A stretch of 64,000 nucleotides of DNA from Octopus vulgaris (taxonomy: Eukaryota): contig OX597823.1 in NCBI GenBank assembly GCA_951406725.2, positions 84,816,001 through 84,880,000 on the forward strand, read 5' to 3'. Made by a program: the position numbers and the translations under genes. This document shows positions 43,093 to 56,965 of this stretch, one piece after another. Below the pieces are notes generated by a model, which was not told the DNA's origin, searched no databases, and worked only from the letters and a program-made list of their open reading frames with translations. Each line of letters begins with the position of its first letter. Position 1 is the first letter of the stretch.

Positions 43093-43777
43093 CGAATGCC
43101 ACCGCTGTCACCGCTACCATTTCCACCACCTCCGCCGCCGCCTACTCCTCTTCCGCGGCCGCCTACTCCGCCTCATCCACCGCCGCCTCTGCTGTCGTCT
43201 CCGCTGCCGCCGGCGCTGTCGCCGATGCCGCCACTGTCGCCGATGCCGCCACTGTGCCTCCGACAACATCTTCCACCGCAACCATATTCCACCATCATCG
43301 TCACTATCAATACTAGCACTACCACCACTATCACCAATACCATCAATACCACTACCTCTACAACCACCACCACCACCTTAGTGGAAAACCACTACCGCCA
43401 AAACCATAACCATCATTCACTACCTCCACTTCTAGCAACACTACTACTGCTGTCAGATCTACCACCACCACCACCACCACCGAAACGCAAAAACCACCAC
43501 CGCCACCACCACTGCCACCACCACCGCTATCACCTCTATCACCACCAACAACAAACACAACAAACACAACAACAACACCACCCCACCACCACTGCCGTTA
43601 CCATCACCAGCACCACCACTAACAACAACAATAAAACCACCAACACCACTACCAAACGCAAAAACCACCGCCGCCACCACTATCACCACCACCAACAACA
43701 ACAACAACAACGCCACAGCCACCACCGCCACCAGCAACATCAGCAGCAGCAACACCACCACCACCACCACCACCACC

Positions 43778-43841
<64 letters not shown>

Positions 43842-44450
43842 CCACCAACACCACCACCAATAACACCAAAACCACCATCGCCAACCACTATCACCACCAT
43901 CACCACTCCCATCGCCGCCGCCACCACCACCATCACCACCACCATAAATACATTAACGGCAATGTTTGATTAGTTGCTTTCCCTCTTCCCTTGCTTGTGC
44001 GGCTCCTTCGCTCTCCTAAGTTAATTTCCTCCAGATTATTATTTAGATTTCTATAATGTCCCCTTTTACAAAGTGGGCCATAATGGGGTCAAATGATGCA
44101 ACGCCTGTACAGACCAGGTCAGCATTCATCGTTGCATTGACTCATTCCTCTTAATGAACAAATACACGTTCAATAAACGCATTAAACTGTTATCCGTACG
44201 ACTGATTGATATGGAAAAACAATAGCCAAACGTACCACAGTTATTTATCAATTTATATTGACGCTTCGTTGAGCCAGTTAAATTATATAAGCAGCAACCT
44301 TCGTCGTTTCATCACGCTCTTTCGACAGTTCTGTCTGCTTGTCTGACCGACTGTCTGTCACTCTTTTGCTCTCTCTCTCCCTTTCCACACACACTCACGC
44401 ACACATATAGACATAATCCAGAATGGAAAGTTGAAATCCTTATTCTTACG

Positions 44451-44498
<48 letters not shown>

Positions 44499-44589
44499 AA
44501 TCCAAACGGGAAAACAAAAAAACAACAACAATGGAACAATTACAGTATTATTATTAATAGGCGCTCAGGAAATGGAAATATGTATATAT

Positions 44590-44621
<32 letters not shown>

Positions 44622-44684
44622 GTATATATATGTATATTTATATATATATGTATATATATATGTATAGATATGCATATAGATATA

Positions 44685-44723
<39 letters not shown>

Positions 44724-44738
44724 GCAAAAGAAGGAGGG

Positions 44739-44772
44739 TTTAACGTTTCGAGCGGAGCTCTTCGTCGGAAAC
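44739..44772 (-). ncRNA. Minimal hammerhead-like motif, variant core
   Basis: ttt-CCGACGA-a-gagc tcc gctc-GAAA-cg-UU-aaa in a ~125 bp island between TA tracts. Confidence 0.45.
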
Positions 44773-44841
44773 ATAGAAGGAAAGATCCAGAGCAGGGAAG
44801 ACAGATGAAAAAATCGCCAACGGTACGCACGCGGTCACATT

Positions 44842-44929
<88 letters not shown>

Positions 44930-44999
44930 ATATATATATATGCTAGCAGAGGTACCCTTGGCCTTCCTTGGGATTAAAATGGCATATTTTTTTTGATTG

Positions 45000-45375
45000 C
45001 TCTACTAGTTTCAGTCATGTGACTATGGGCAAGCTGGAGCACCGCCCTTAGTGAAACACATCGACCACAGGATGTATTCTTTGTAAGCTACGTATCCATT
45101 GTATCGATGTCTTTCGCCGAGCCGCTATGTTATGGGAACGTAAAGATAGCAATATCGGTTGTCAAACGATGCTGGGGGTGCAAACAGACACACATCAACA
45201 CTCACACACATAATATATATATATATAGGACATACTTCGTTCAGTTTCCGTCAACCAAATTCACTGACATGGCTGTGGTCGACCCAAGGCTATAGTAGAA
45301 GACACTTGCTCAAGGACTGAAACCGGAACCATGTGGTTGGCTAGCAAGCTTTTTAGCACAAAGCCACCACGGGCC
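45000..45375 (-). mobile_element. SINE family B, diverged
   Basis: tttcagtcatgtgact...ctggagcaccgcc...ggctatagtagaagacacttgc. Confidence 0.8.
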
Positions 45376-45549
45376 TATGCACATGTACATATATATATAT
45401 AAATACATATATACATATACATATATATACACATACGTCTATGTATACGTAAATTTACACTTAAAATATAAAGACATATATACATATATACACACACATA
45501 TATATATAATATACACACACATATATATATACATATAAATACGCATATA

Positions 45550-45605
<56 letters not shown>

Positions 45606-45613
45606 TGAATATG

Positions 45614-45663
<50 letters not shown>

Positions 45664-45699
45664 CATATATATATATGCATAAATACATATATATACACA

Positions 45700-46066
45700 C
45701 ACAAACATGTATATAAATATGTATTGAAAGTAATAGAAATGAAACTAATATTTATATAGATACATAATGAAAGAAATTGAAATTGAAACCATATAATAGT
45801 GAAAGTATTAATAGCGATATCATTGTTTCACTTTTGACGTATAATACTGAAATCGTGTAAGAGATAAGAGATTGCTCCGGGCTCGCATTAGGCAAAAAGT
45901 TGGGCCAAAATAATTTTCAACTTCTTGTCTAATGCGAGTCCAGAGTAATCTCTTATCTCTAACACTATTTCAGTATTATGTGTCAAAAGTGAAACAATAA
46001 CATATCTATTGTAAAGTGAGATAATACTTTCACCTTTAATAGGTTTCACTATTAACACTTTCATTT

Positions 46067-46111
<45 letters not shown>

Positions 46112-46165
46112 CTTTCATTTCTATTATTTTCACTATGTATTTATATACTTGGTTGTATATGTATA
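45700..46165. repeat. Imperfect fold-back inverted repeat (core 45822-45998)
   Basis: attgtttcacttttgac.tataatactgaaat...ctcgcattag / ctaatgcgag...atttcagtattat.tgtcaaaagtgaaacaat; weaker outer arms. Confidence 0.85.
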
Positions 46166-46239
46166 CACACACATATTCACATATATATATGTATATATAT
46201 ATATATATATGACATACACACACACACACAAATATATAT

Positions 46240-46400
46240 ATGATGGAATTTCTTTTTCAATTTCCGTCTACCAAATCCACTCACAAGGCTTTGGTCAGTC
46301 CGAGGCACGAGCAAAAAACACTTGCTCAGGGTGCCACCCAGTGGAACTGAACCAGGAACCATGTGGTTGGGAGGCAAGCTTCTTATCACACAGCCACATA
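46240..46400 (-). mobile_element. SINE family B, 5' half
   Basis: tttccgtctaccaaatccactcacaaggctttggtc...ggaaccatgtggttggga. Confidence 0.85.
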
Positions 46401-47191
46401 TATATATCATATATCCTATATTCCTCTTCCTGTCTCGTCGCAGAATTCTTGAAATAATGGACAAAATATTTTGCCATGAATGTTTCACCTGTCTACCTAC
46501 CATGTTTTCAGGGCAGATAAAACAAGGAGCCTAATCGACAGATCAGTGTCAATATGTCTATCCTAAAAAGCATAGGGCTGAAAGAATGCAGGAACGTCTA
46601 CTTACCCTTCGATCGAACGCTCATTTACATGTTTATATTCGACTTAGAAAGGAATATGAGTGTGGAGCGGGTGGAACTCTAGTTTCTCCCACTCTCAGTC
46701 ACTCTCCCTCTCCCCTCTCTCCCTGTCTCTCCACCCAATGCATACATCGTGACCAAAACGTTTAGGATGAACCCTAAGCATGCACCTGTGAATTGGAGAA
46801 GAACAGTCGGGCGAGATTTCGTGATGTGGTGGTTCATTTGCAAGGGTTCCTTTATTGTTTCTTGTTTAAGGTTCTCCTGTATCAGGAGGACTGCATGATA
46901 GGCGTGTTCACATTGTTACATTGCATGCATAATTTCATCGTTTCCACCCTCCTTTCTCTTTCTTTAGTCTTATCTATAAAGTAAAACCCAACATCACTCG
47001 TAAACTGTACATGTAATGTCCCATTCATTTAATGCCGCGTGGCAAATAAATGAAATTATTATTTTTATTATCATTATTGAGTGAGAGAGCAGTGCATGCC
47101 ATCAAAGTGACACTGGGGTAAAATATAGGAAGCCCAGTATAACCATCATGACTACTCGTCTTAGGGTACACTAGGCACATGCATCACAACC

Positions 47192-47221
<30 letters not shown>

Positions 47222-47222
<1 letters not shown>

Positions 47223-47340
47223 GGCACAGGCGTGGTTGTGTGGTAAAAAGCTTGTTTCCTAACCTCATGTTTTCGAGTTCAGTCCCACTGCGTGACATCT
47301 TGGGCAACCATCTTCTACTATAGACTCGAGTCGACCGATA
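47222..47340 (+). mobile_element. SINE family B head
   Basis: aggcacaggcgtggttgtgtggtaaaaagcttg...gttcagtcccactgcgtg. Confidence 0.75.
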
Positions 47341-47383
47341 TGTATAGACATACATGCATACATGCATACATACATACATACAT

Positions 47384-47414
<31 letters not shown>

Positions 47415-47444
47415 TACATACATATATATATATATAAATAATAC

Positions 47445-47900
47445 AAAATAGGACAAGAACGCAAAACGTCCGGACAACAAAACATTCAGATAGACGATAC
47501 AAAAAAAAAAAACAAGGATAGGTCATTCTAAGTTTTCTATCTTCAGTCAAGAATTTCGGCTGATTATTCTTGAGATTGATCCAATCTAGCCAGCCCCAAG
47601 GAAAAATTAGCTAAGCGCCTTAGATTCCTTGGAAGAAAGCATCGACTGTATACAAGAACAAGGAGGGAGAAACAGACAATGCTACACATATAAAAGTAAA
47701 ATATAAAAATGCAATTAAACAAGAACAGGACATAACAACAGGTGACTTTCGACTAAGGAGGAATTGAGTCAAGCTGGCGCGTGTGGAAATGAAACCTTAC
47801 GGCAGAGATACAAAAGTTTCACAAACACAGGGAAGCACATCGATGTAGTACGGACCATGGAGAGAGTTGTAGAAGCAGATGAACAGAAAAATTAAGGAAG
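47445..47900. mobile_element. Unclassified repeat family F
   Basis: ggacaagaacgcaaaac...tcttcagtcaag...tagattccttggaagaaagc...ataacaacaggtg. Confidence 0.7.
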
Positions 47901-48033
47901 GACGAGAAAAAAATGATAGGGACATAGTGAAGTGAAAAGTGGAGAGAAAGTGACTAAGAAGAGAAAGCAAAGAAATGTGAGAGCGGGGGAAGGAAAGAAC
48001 GAAGAGTGGAATGAACGAAAAAGCGTGAAAGGG

Positions 48034-48076
<43 letters not shown>

Positions 48077-48080
<4 letters not shown>

Positions 48081-48285
48081 GATGCAGCACGAAGTTCTGT
48101 CATTAAGCAGGTCCCTGTTTCAAAGCGACGAAGATATTTTAACACAACTTAAATTTGAATGTTGAAGTGAATCTAACGATTTTTGTACGTTCTTAAATGG
48201 CTTACAAACGTCTTCCACGCTGCAATTGCTTTTGTCTCAGCACATGATCTTAGATCAAGTCACTTGCGATGTAAGTACATCTCTG
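48077..48285. mobile_element. MITE-like element with short TIRs in TA context
   Basis: TA-cagagatgca ... tacatctctg-TA. Confidence 0.5.
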
Positions 48286-48293
48286 TAATATAT

Positions 48294-48353
<60 letters not shown>

Positions 48354-48573
48354 CTTTATTTTTCATTCCTTTTCGAAATTGCCCCTAATAGTGGTTTGGA
48401 GTTTAACTACTCCATCTAGCGGGTCAGATGTCCTGCTATGGCCATCTCTTATTTGTTTAAATATACACTGTATTTTTATATGAATAATGTATAGTCTATT
48501 TACTAGTGTTTTTGCTTCTCGCTAGACCACTGGTCGCAAAGAAATTTTCTTAATTTTTTTACTACCCTGGAAT

Positions 48574-48715
<142 letters not shown>

Positions 48716-48774
48716 CTGCTGAAGGCCGGTTTATTGGGTTATCCTGGGTTTCTAGACATAAAGGGTAATTTTGG

Positions 48775-48873
48775 GGTGTATCTTCAGCGGCTAAAACTTG
48801 TTGGCTTATGACCACTTTAAAATATTTCAAAGATTCCATAGGCCAATAAGTCTTAAGGTCTGAAGATACACCA
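48775..48873. repeat. Short imperfect inverted repeat with CTGAAGA on both strands
   Basis: ggtgtatcttcag..acttgttggcttatg / cataggccaataagt..ctgaagatacacc. Confidence 0.7.
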
Positions 48874-49478
48874 TAAATAGTACCTTTTTATACCGACCTT
48901 CACCAGAAATATATATATATATATACTCTCTTGTGTTTTTAATTATTTGAATTCTTCTTTAGAAGGAGCGGATCTGTAACAAAGTTACAAAGCTCCAACG
49001 CAGGCACGTAGTTAACAAAACAATGTCTCACTTTAAATTTGAGAAAAGTCTTGTATATCTTTACTGTTCCTCTTAGCGATTGTATTTGTAGCGTGTATCG
49101 TTATGGAGTCCACTTTGCAAACTAGATAATTCCTGGTTCGATTCCACCCCACTGCACAACAATTCCCTCGGTGACTTATGTTCACTCATCGGGCAAGCCA
49201 AAGTGTTGTGTGCGAATTTTGTAGCTAGAATATGTTACACGCACACAGCCAACCAGCCAGTCAGCCAGCCAGCCAGACAGCCAGCCAGACAGACAATAAC
49301 AAACAATCAAACAGACAAACAGACAAACAGACATACACACCACACACAAAGAAACACACCAAGATGTAACAGCTTACTTACAAAGGTAGAGATTCCATGT
49401 TTTGGTGAAATGATTTTGAATATAATAGATAAATAAATAAATGGAGTTAAACACAGATGTTATTCAAATCGTTATACG

Positions 49479-49626
49479 ACATATGTTTCGAAGATACCAT
49501 TGGTATTATTCCAGAAGAATGAGTTTTGTTTCTACTTTTTTTCCTGTTGAGAAGATTGCATTGTTTTTCATCATTTTCTTCCTTCTAGAATAATACCAAT
49601 ATTTTCTTCGAAACATAATTCGGAAA
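49479..49626 (+). ncRNA. Decayed hammerhead-like motif within an inverted repeat
   Basis: tttc-CUGUUGA-gaaga...tcttc-GAAA-cataat-UC-ggaaa (49538-49626); left arm acatatgtttcgaag identical to the 18.5 kb element. Confidence 0.45.
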
Positions 49627-49692
49627 TATAATGATTTGCATAACGCTTGCTTTTAGCCGCATTTATTTACACACACACACATACACACACAC

Positions 49693-49813
<121 letters not shown>

Positions 49814-50379
49814 TACATAAATATATATATATGTATGTATGTATAATGTACCTATCCGACGGATATAAAAACACACAAACATGACCACATGAATATGCAG
49901 AATACATAAATACATATGTACACACATACATACATATATACATACACACACGCACACACACATACATGCGTACACACACTTACATGCATGCATACATACA
50001 TACATACATACATACATACATACATACATACATACATACATACATACATACATACATACATGTTTGTGAGAACACACACTGACCAACTCACATGCGCACA
50101 AACAAACAAAATGAACGCAGCTCGGATAACGGACAGAGTCAACGACTATTGAAAAGGCTTCAAGACGCAACGAAAATATTACGAAAAATAAAGAAGTAAA
50201 TGAGTGGAAACTTTACCGGTGTGTGTGTTAAATTATAAGGCACCAAAAGAGAATGACTCTACCCAGACACGACAAAATATGCTTCAACACACGAACACAC
50301 ATAAAGAACCTTGGAAACAAAATCCGAAAACGAAATATACAAATACATACATACATACATACATACATACATACATACA

Positions 50380-50415
<36 letters not shown>

Positions 50416-50670
50416 TATATTTATTTCAGTGGTGTAATTCCATGAATTTAGAGCTATGGAGATCGAATCAATAGCTGTAGCTAACTGGTTTTGGTTACCG
50501 AGCCCTCGCCCCCAAGGGATGTGAAGAAATGTTAACCCTGGTGGGATTTGAACTCCGATCGCAAAGGGACGCAAACTAAATTCCGTAAGGCATTTACATT
50601 TACGCGTTTAACGCCATCATGTTCCGAATATTCCTACATGCGTACATGCGCGTTTGTATGTTTGGGTGTG

Positions 50671-50716
<46 letters not shown>

Positions 50717-50950
50717 CACACACACACACATATATATATATATGTGTGTGTGAGTGTGTAATACACATAAGCATACATATGTTCATGCATATATGTATGT
50801 GTCTGTGTGTATGTGTACGTATATAATATATATGTATATCTATATGTAGACATATACATATGTGTATATAAAGATATACATACACATATTTATGTATTTT
50901 TTTATATGTTCATATATATATATATATGTGCACCTGTACATATATATATG

Positions 50951-51018
<68 letters not shown>

Positions 51019-51579
51019 CATATGCATTTTTATATATACATACATGTATATATATACATATATACATATATACATATATATGCCAATATCATTTAATACT
51101 AATGGAGTTAGATTCATACGGTTTCAAATAAGAAAAATGCTAGGATTTGAGAATATTTTATCACTTGGATCTATATCATCTGCCAACCCGGCCCGCAACA
51201 CCCAGCTACCCCAGCCGCCGCCCCTCCCCCCTCCATATTGTTAGCCTTAGCCGGTTTTTATATTTGCTTTCTTTTCACTAAAGCACCAGAATTTCTCTCC
51301 CTTGTCTTCGTCGTCGTTTACTTTCTCCTTCTTCCCAATTCTTTCATTGTACCTAACAAATAATGCTAACCCCTAAGGATACCACAATGACTATTTGTTA
51401 GGAAAGCAGGGTGATTAGAACCGGAGAGTAGGCCTTAAGCAATATGCCGATCATTACAGAAACTTAATGAGAAGCTGCCAGCAGGGTTTCAACGTAAAAT
51501 TGGATTTTGCACGCGCAGAAGCACTAAAAGTATATTTTTTTGTGTCATTTTATATTTTGATCTCTCTAATATATATATA

Positions 51580-51656
<77 letters not shown>

Positions 51657-51668
51657 ATATGTATATCC

Positions 51669-51758
<90 letters not shown>

Positions 51759-51784
51759 CGTGTGTGTGTATATGTATCCATATA

Positions 51785-51819
<35 letters not shown>

Positions 51820-52115
51820 GTGTAAGTGTGTGTGTGTGTGTATGTGTATTTGCAGTTGAATTTAAAACTGAAGGAAAAATATGAAGAAATGTAAGTTTAA
51901 ATAATAGAAAAACGAAATCTCAATAATACTAATAATAGGTTTACTGGATATCACAGAGAGAGAGAGAGGGGGGAGGGGAGAAAGAGAGGGACAGAGAGAA
52001 AGAGGGTGAAAAAGCGAGAGGGAGGAAAGAAGTTGTGAAAGTAAGAGAAGGAGAAAGAGAGAGAGTGCATTCATAAGTAGACATGCATTAAGAATCCATA
52101 CATCTCTCTCTCTCC

Positions 52116-52175
<60 letters not shown>

Positions 52176-52226
52176 GTATATATATATGTGTGTGTATGTG
52201 TATGTATGTATATATATCTATATCTA

Positions 52227-52263
<37 letters not shown>

Positions 52264-52279
52264 ACATATATGCGTAATA

Positions 52280-52319
<40 letters not shown>

Positions 52320-52411
52320 GTAAAAATATAAATACTACATACATACATACAAATATATACCTCCAAATATCAATATAATTGCATATATATATATACACAC
52401 ACGCAAATATA

Positions 52412-52442
<31 letters not shown>

Positions 52443-52723
52443 GCATATATATTTATATATACTTATATATATGTATATATATATACATACATAACATATA
52501 TATATATATGTATTCTTGTATGATGCTAGTCACAACACCATAACACTTTACACACCTTACACCTGTATCATCAGACTAGTTGCCCATACATACATACATA
52601 TATATTTGCACACACACACACACACAACTCACACCGTCACACATCATTTTATCTCTTATATAACGTTAACTACAATGCTATCATACTTGACACCAGAGGT
52701 AGCTGTATATATACATCACTCTC

Positions 52724-52770
<47 letters not shown>

Positions 52771-53302
52771 TAGAATGTGTATCTGCGTATGTGTGTATAT
52801 ATATGCACATATATGTATATATATATATATATATATATAATTATGATCATATATATATATTTATACATACACACACACACAAATATATGCATCCATATCA
52901 ACATACACACAATCCACACATAGACACACACGTACATGCACAAACATAGCAGCACGACACACATACACACGAACACATAGATTGTCTTTGCTCAGAAAAG
53001 GAAGCCAATAGATTCCAAAGTAACAAATTCAAAATAATATATTTTTCACATAGGTACAAGACTCCATATTTCTTTGGAGATGTTTTTTATTCAATTTAAT
53101 CTCGCTCACTGAAGGACTGGTAGTTTCAGTACCGACCCCTAAGGGATTCCGGACAATAAGGATCCGGTTTTTCATGTCTGGTTACATGATCGGCTGCAGT
53201 CAGCTTCGAATATTGCATTCCAGTTCTTCATAATTAAGATAAAAATGAATGAAAACAGTATTTCTGTGAATGCACAAATATATGTGCAAATTCATGTATA
53301 TA

Positions 53303-53354
<52 letters not shown>

Positions 53355-53969
53355 ATCTAGACAATACTTTGACACACTACACAATACTCACACACACACA
53401 CACACACACACATATGTATGAAAGGTAACTTTCGTATTGTAAAGTTTATTATATATTGCTTCGATATTTCACAGAGAAATACAAACCAGAAACAGGAAAC
53501 CTAATGAAAAAGTTATTATATTAGACTCTTACCATCCACCGTTAACGTTAGAAAAGCTGATTAAAAGTATTAGCTGAAGAATCTCTTGGTTGTCATTGAA
53601 TGAAGAATTCCTCGAGAATGGAATCCCGAAATAAATTAGGGCTCTTGAAGCGAGTGGTCTCAAAGATCACATTACATATGCGCTACGTATCCTTATCCAG
53701 TCATGATAAAAGCCGCCATCATACTGTCAAGTTCATAACATTCTTCGTCTTAGATATTAACATTCTAATATTACTAAACAACTCTAGTCCTAAATAGATA
53801 AATCAGTATTTCCCAAGATTAATATTAACCTATTAATATTTTTTTTACATCTATCACCCCATTTTGGCTACCCCATTATCATCCGACTTTTCTTCAAAGT
53901 TCCTCCCTGAATCTTTCCACCGCCCCAAGGGGATTCTGCTGCCCACTTTGGGGACCACTGTAATAAAAT

Positions 53970-54390
53970 ATTCTTTTCTACTCTAGGCACAAGGGCCGAA
54001 ATCTTTGGGGAGAGGGCCAGTCGATTAGATCGAACCAGTACGCAACTGGTACTTAATTTATTGACCCCGAAAGGATGAAAAGTAAAGTCGATCTCAGTGA
54101 AATTTGAACTCTGAATGTAAAGACAGACGAAATATCTCTAAGCATTTCCCCCGGCGTGCTAACGTTTTTACCTGTTCGCCGCCTTACTGAGATAAAATAT
54201 TCTTTTCTAATCTAGGCACAAAGCCCGAAATTTTGGGACAGGGGGCCAGTCGATTAGATCGACCCCAGTACGCAACTGGTACTTAATTTATCGACCCCGA
54301 AAGAATGAAAAGTAAAGTTGTCCTAGATGGAATTTAAACTCAGAACGCAAAAAAAAGACCAAATACCATTAAGCATTTCGCCGGCGTGCA
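53970..54390 (-). mobile_element. Tandem pair of SINE family A
   Basis: aaaatattcttttcta.tctaggcacaa..gccgaaa unit repeated at about 53966 and 54194. Confidence 0.9.
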
Positions 54391-55447
54391 AGCTTCAAAG
54401 ACAAAAGCGAAAGTAGCATGCATGAGAAGGAAAATTCCAGAAATAATAAATGAATATCAAAGAAAGTTAGGAGACATTGGAAACTGGAACCCGTTAGTCA
54501 AATATTTAATCGCTGGTGTCTTAAATATGATGGTTGTGTGCACGTCGAAATGTGAAGACTGCTTAATATCCCGTGATGAGTAGGAAGCTATGCATAAGAA
54601 AAACTAAGTCTGTCGCTATTTCGCAATGTTACGATATAAGTCGTGATAAAAATCCGCTCACTTTAACTAATCTTAACTCGTATGCATTGGGGAAAGGGCA
54701 GCTGACCAGCGTCCACATGGTTCTGTACTCGAGCAGCAGGTTCTTCGCTAAACATGTCTGTATAGAATGATCTGAGGGGAGCTAGATACGTATGTAGCTC
54801 TTCTTGGAGACGGCTTTGCGAATAACAGCGATCTCACTATCACTGAAGTCTGCTAAATTAATAAGAAACAAGAGCTGGAAGAATTTTTCCGTTTCGTGAA
54901 CTTGGGGTTATGAGGGAGATAAATAACTGATATTGGGTAGGTGCTGACTTCAAGTACCTTTTGGGTAGTACGAAAGGCGGCCTGTTTCGTGTTTCATTGA
55001 ACTTGTAATGTTTAAGAGAGAGTCCGATTTTTAAGTACCCGATCTTAAAATATAGGAGAAGGGTTGCTTTGTCTGTGGTCGAATAAATCTCTGCTGGCAC
55101 ATTTCTTGTGGTGCTAGATGTCGATTTCAGTTCCTTATTTGGTTCTGTGTTAGAAGTCAAGAAGTGTGACAGATCAAATATCGTTACATTCTATAAAGCT
55201 GAATGAGGACATTGATGCTCGCAAAACCTTTGTTTCTATACGGGCAGTATGTCACCCACATATCTAGCGAAGAAGCTGCAGATGTGACGGGTGTTTTAAG
55301 ATGGAGATATGAGTTGATAGTCGATTACATTTATCCCTGTAGGTAGCTGGTATTTATTTTACCTTTACCAATACAAAAAGCATGAAACTAATGCTGACAG
55401 CGGCTGGATTTGAACTCATAGCTTAAAACGATATAACTAGACAATAA

Positions 55448-55678
55448 GGCGGCGAGCTGGCAGAAACGTCAGCATACCGGGCGAAATGCTTGGCGGTATT
55501 GCGTCTGTCGTTGCGTTCTGAGTTCAAATTCCGCCGAGGTCGACTTTGCCTTTCATCCTTTCGGGGTCGATAAATTAAGTACCAGTTACGCACTGGGGTC
55601 GATGTAATCGACTTAATCCGTTTGTCTGTCCTTGTTTGTCCCCTCTATGTTTAGCCCCTTGTGGGCAATAAAGAAACA
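55448..55678 (+). mobile_element. SINE family A, full length with 17 bp target-site duplication
   Basis: TSD gatataactagacaata at 55430-55446 and 55679-55695. Confidence 0.95.
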
Positions 55679-55731
55679 GATATAACTAGACAATATCCGA
55701 AATGTTTTCAAACTGGTAGGCCGTCAGATAC

Positions 55732-56039
55732 AACGACGAGTGTTTCAGTTGATCCGATCAATGGAACAGCATACTCGTAGAATTAACATGCAAGTGACTG
55801 AGCATTCCACAGACACGCGTACACTTAACATAGTTCTCAGGAAGATACAACATAACACAGAAAGAAACAAAGCTGGTCCTTTGAAATACAGATACAACTC
55901 AGTTTTGCCAGATGAATGGTATGGAGTAACGTGAAGTGAAGTGTCTTGCTCAAGGTCACAACACACAACCATATATCGAACACACGGCCATACAATCGTA
56001 AGCAGAATACCTCTAACCACAAAGCCATGCGCGCTTCAC
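55732..56039 (-). mobile_element. SINE family D
   Basis: Reverse complement of 14103-14420 (ctttgaaatacag.tacaactca.ttttgccag...gtgtcttgctcaagg). Confidence 0.8.
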
Positions 56040-56568
56040 AAAAAGTAAATAGCTTATATTTATCAAAAGATTCCTCTTAATAAAATTTACTCTGTAAAGT
56101 CTCCATGCTAGAGTTCAATTTTCGTTTGTACTTTGAAAAAAATTTTGAACTAATGAAAAATAAATGAACTACACAAATACCATTTCCTAATTTGGATTTA
56201 GAATTCTTGTAAAAAAAAACCCCACAAAAAACGTTGTTGAATATTTTACCAACTATTTTTATGGTTTTCTCTTTTTATTCTATTTAATTTAATTTTTTTT
56301 TGTTCGGTTCATTTGAATTCTTCAAATAATATTTTAATAATCAAAAGACCAGTGTATGTTCACGAAATATTTTAGTTATTTTTTATTTTATCTTTCTTTA
56401 ATGTATTTTAAATCTTTTGAAGTTTTAAAAAACAACAACTGCCTTTAGCGATTATTAGAGGCATGGTACTTGAGGATACTATTGTGTCACTGTATGTCGA
56501 AGCATCTAAGCACTTCTCTGCTACTCTGTAGGCTATTGTTCACGATTAGAAGTCCTTAATTGGAAATA

Positions 56569-56654
56569 CAGTAATCCCTCAAATATCGCGGGTGTTACGT
56601 TTCAAAAACCCCGCGATAGGTGAAAATCCGCGATGTAGAAACAGTACTATACTG
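56569..56654. mobile_element. Tigger/pogo-like MITE left end
   Basis: TA-cagtaatccctc..atatcgcggg.gttacgtt.caaaa.ccccgcgatag. Confidence 0.45.
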
Positions 56655-56656
56655 TA

Positions 56657-56738
<82 letters not shown>

Positions 56739-56774
56739 CATTATTATTATTGTTATCATTATTATTATCATTAT

Positions 56775-56963
56775 GGAGGCGCAATGGCCCAGTGGTTAAG
56801 GCAGCGGACTCACGGGCGTAATAAACCTGTTTCGATTCCCAGACCAGGCATTGTGAGTGTTTATTGAGCGAAAACACCTAAAGCTTCACGAGTCTCCTGC
56901 AGGAATCGAACCCGGAATCTTGGGGTTAGTAGCCTGCGCCCTTAACCACTACGACATATGCCC
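56775..56963. mobile_element. SINE C 5' part (+) fused to an inverted tRNA-like SINE head (-, 56902-56963)
   Basis: ggaggcgcaatggcccagtggtta...; minus strand gggcatatgtcgtagtggttaagggcgcagg...ccgggttcgattcc. Confidence 0.75.
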
Positions 56964-56965
56964 AC

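Noticed and set aside
42650-43863. Poly-Ala/Val and Pro/His/Gln ORFs
   Set aside because: Explained by the 18 bp minisatellite and CAC/AAC repeats
44085-44145. SECIS element (AUGA...UGA)
   Set aside because: Helix too short and out of register for the non-Watson-Crick quartet; no apical AA motif
53578-53640. ctgaaga...gaaa spacing
   Set aside because: Stem II does not close onto GAAA; likely chance
56902-56963. tRNA gene
   Set aside because: Only A/B boxes and part of the cloverleaf; no acceptor stem closure; best read as a SINE head, like the other tRNA-like heads here
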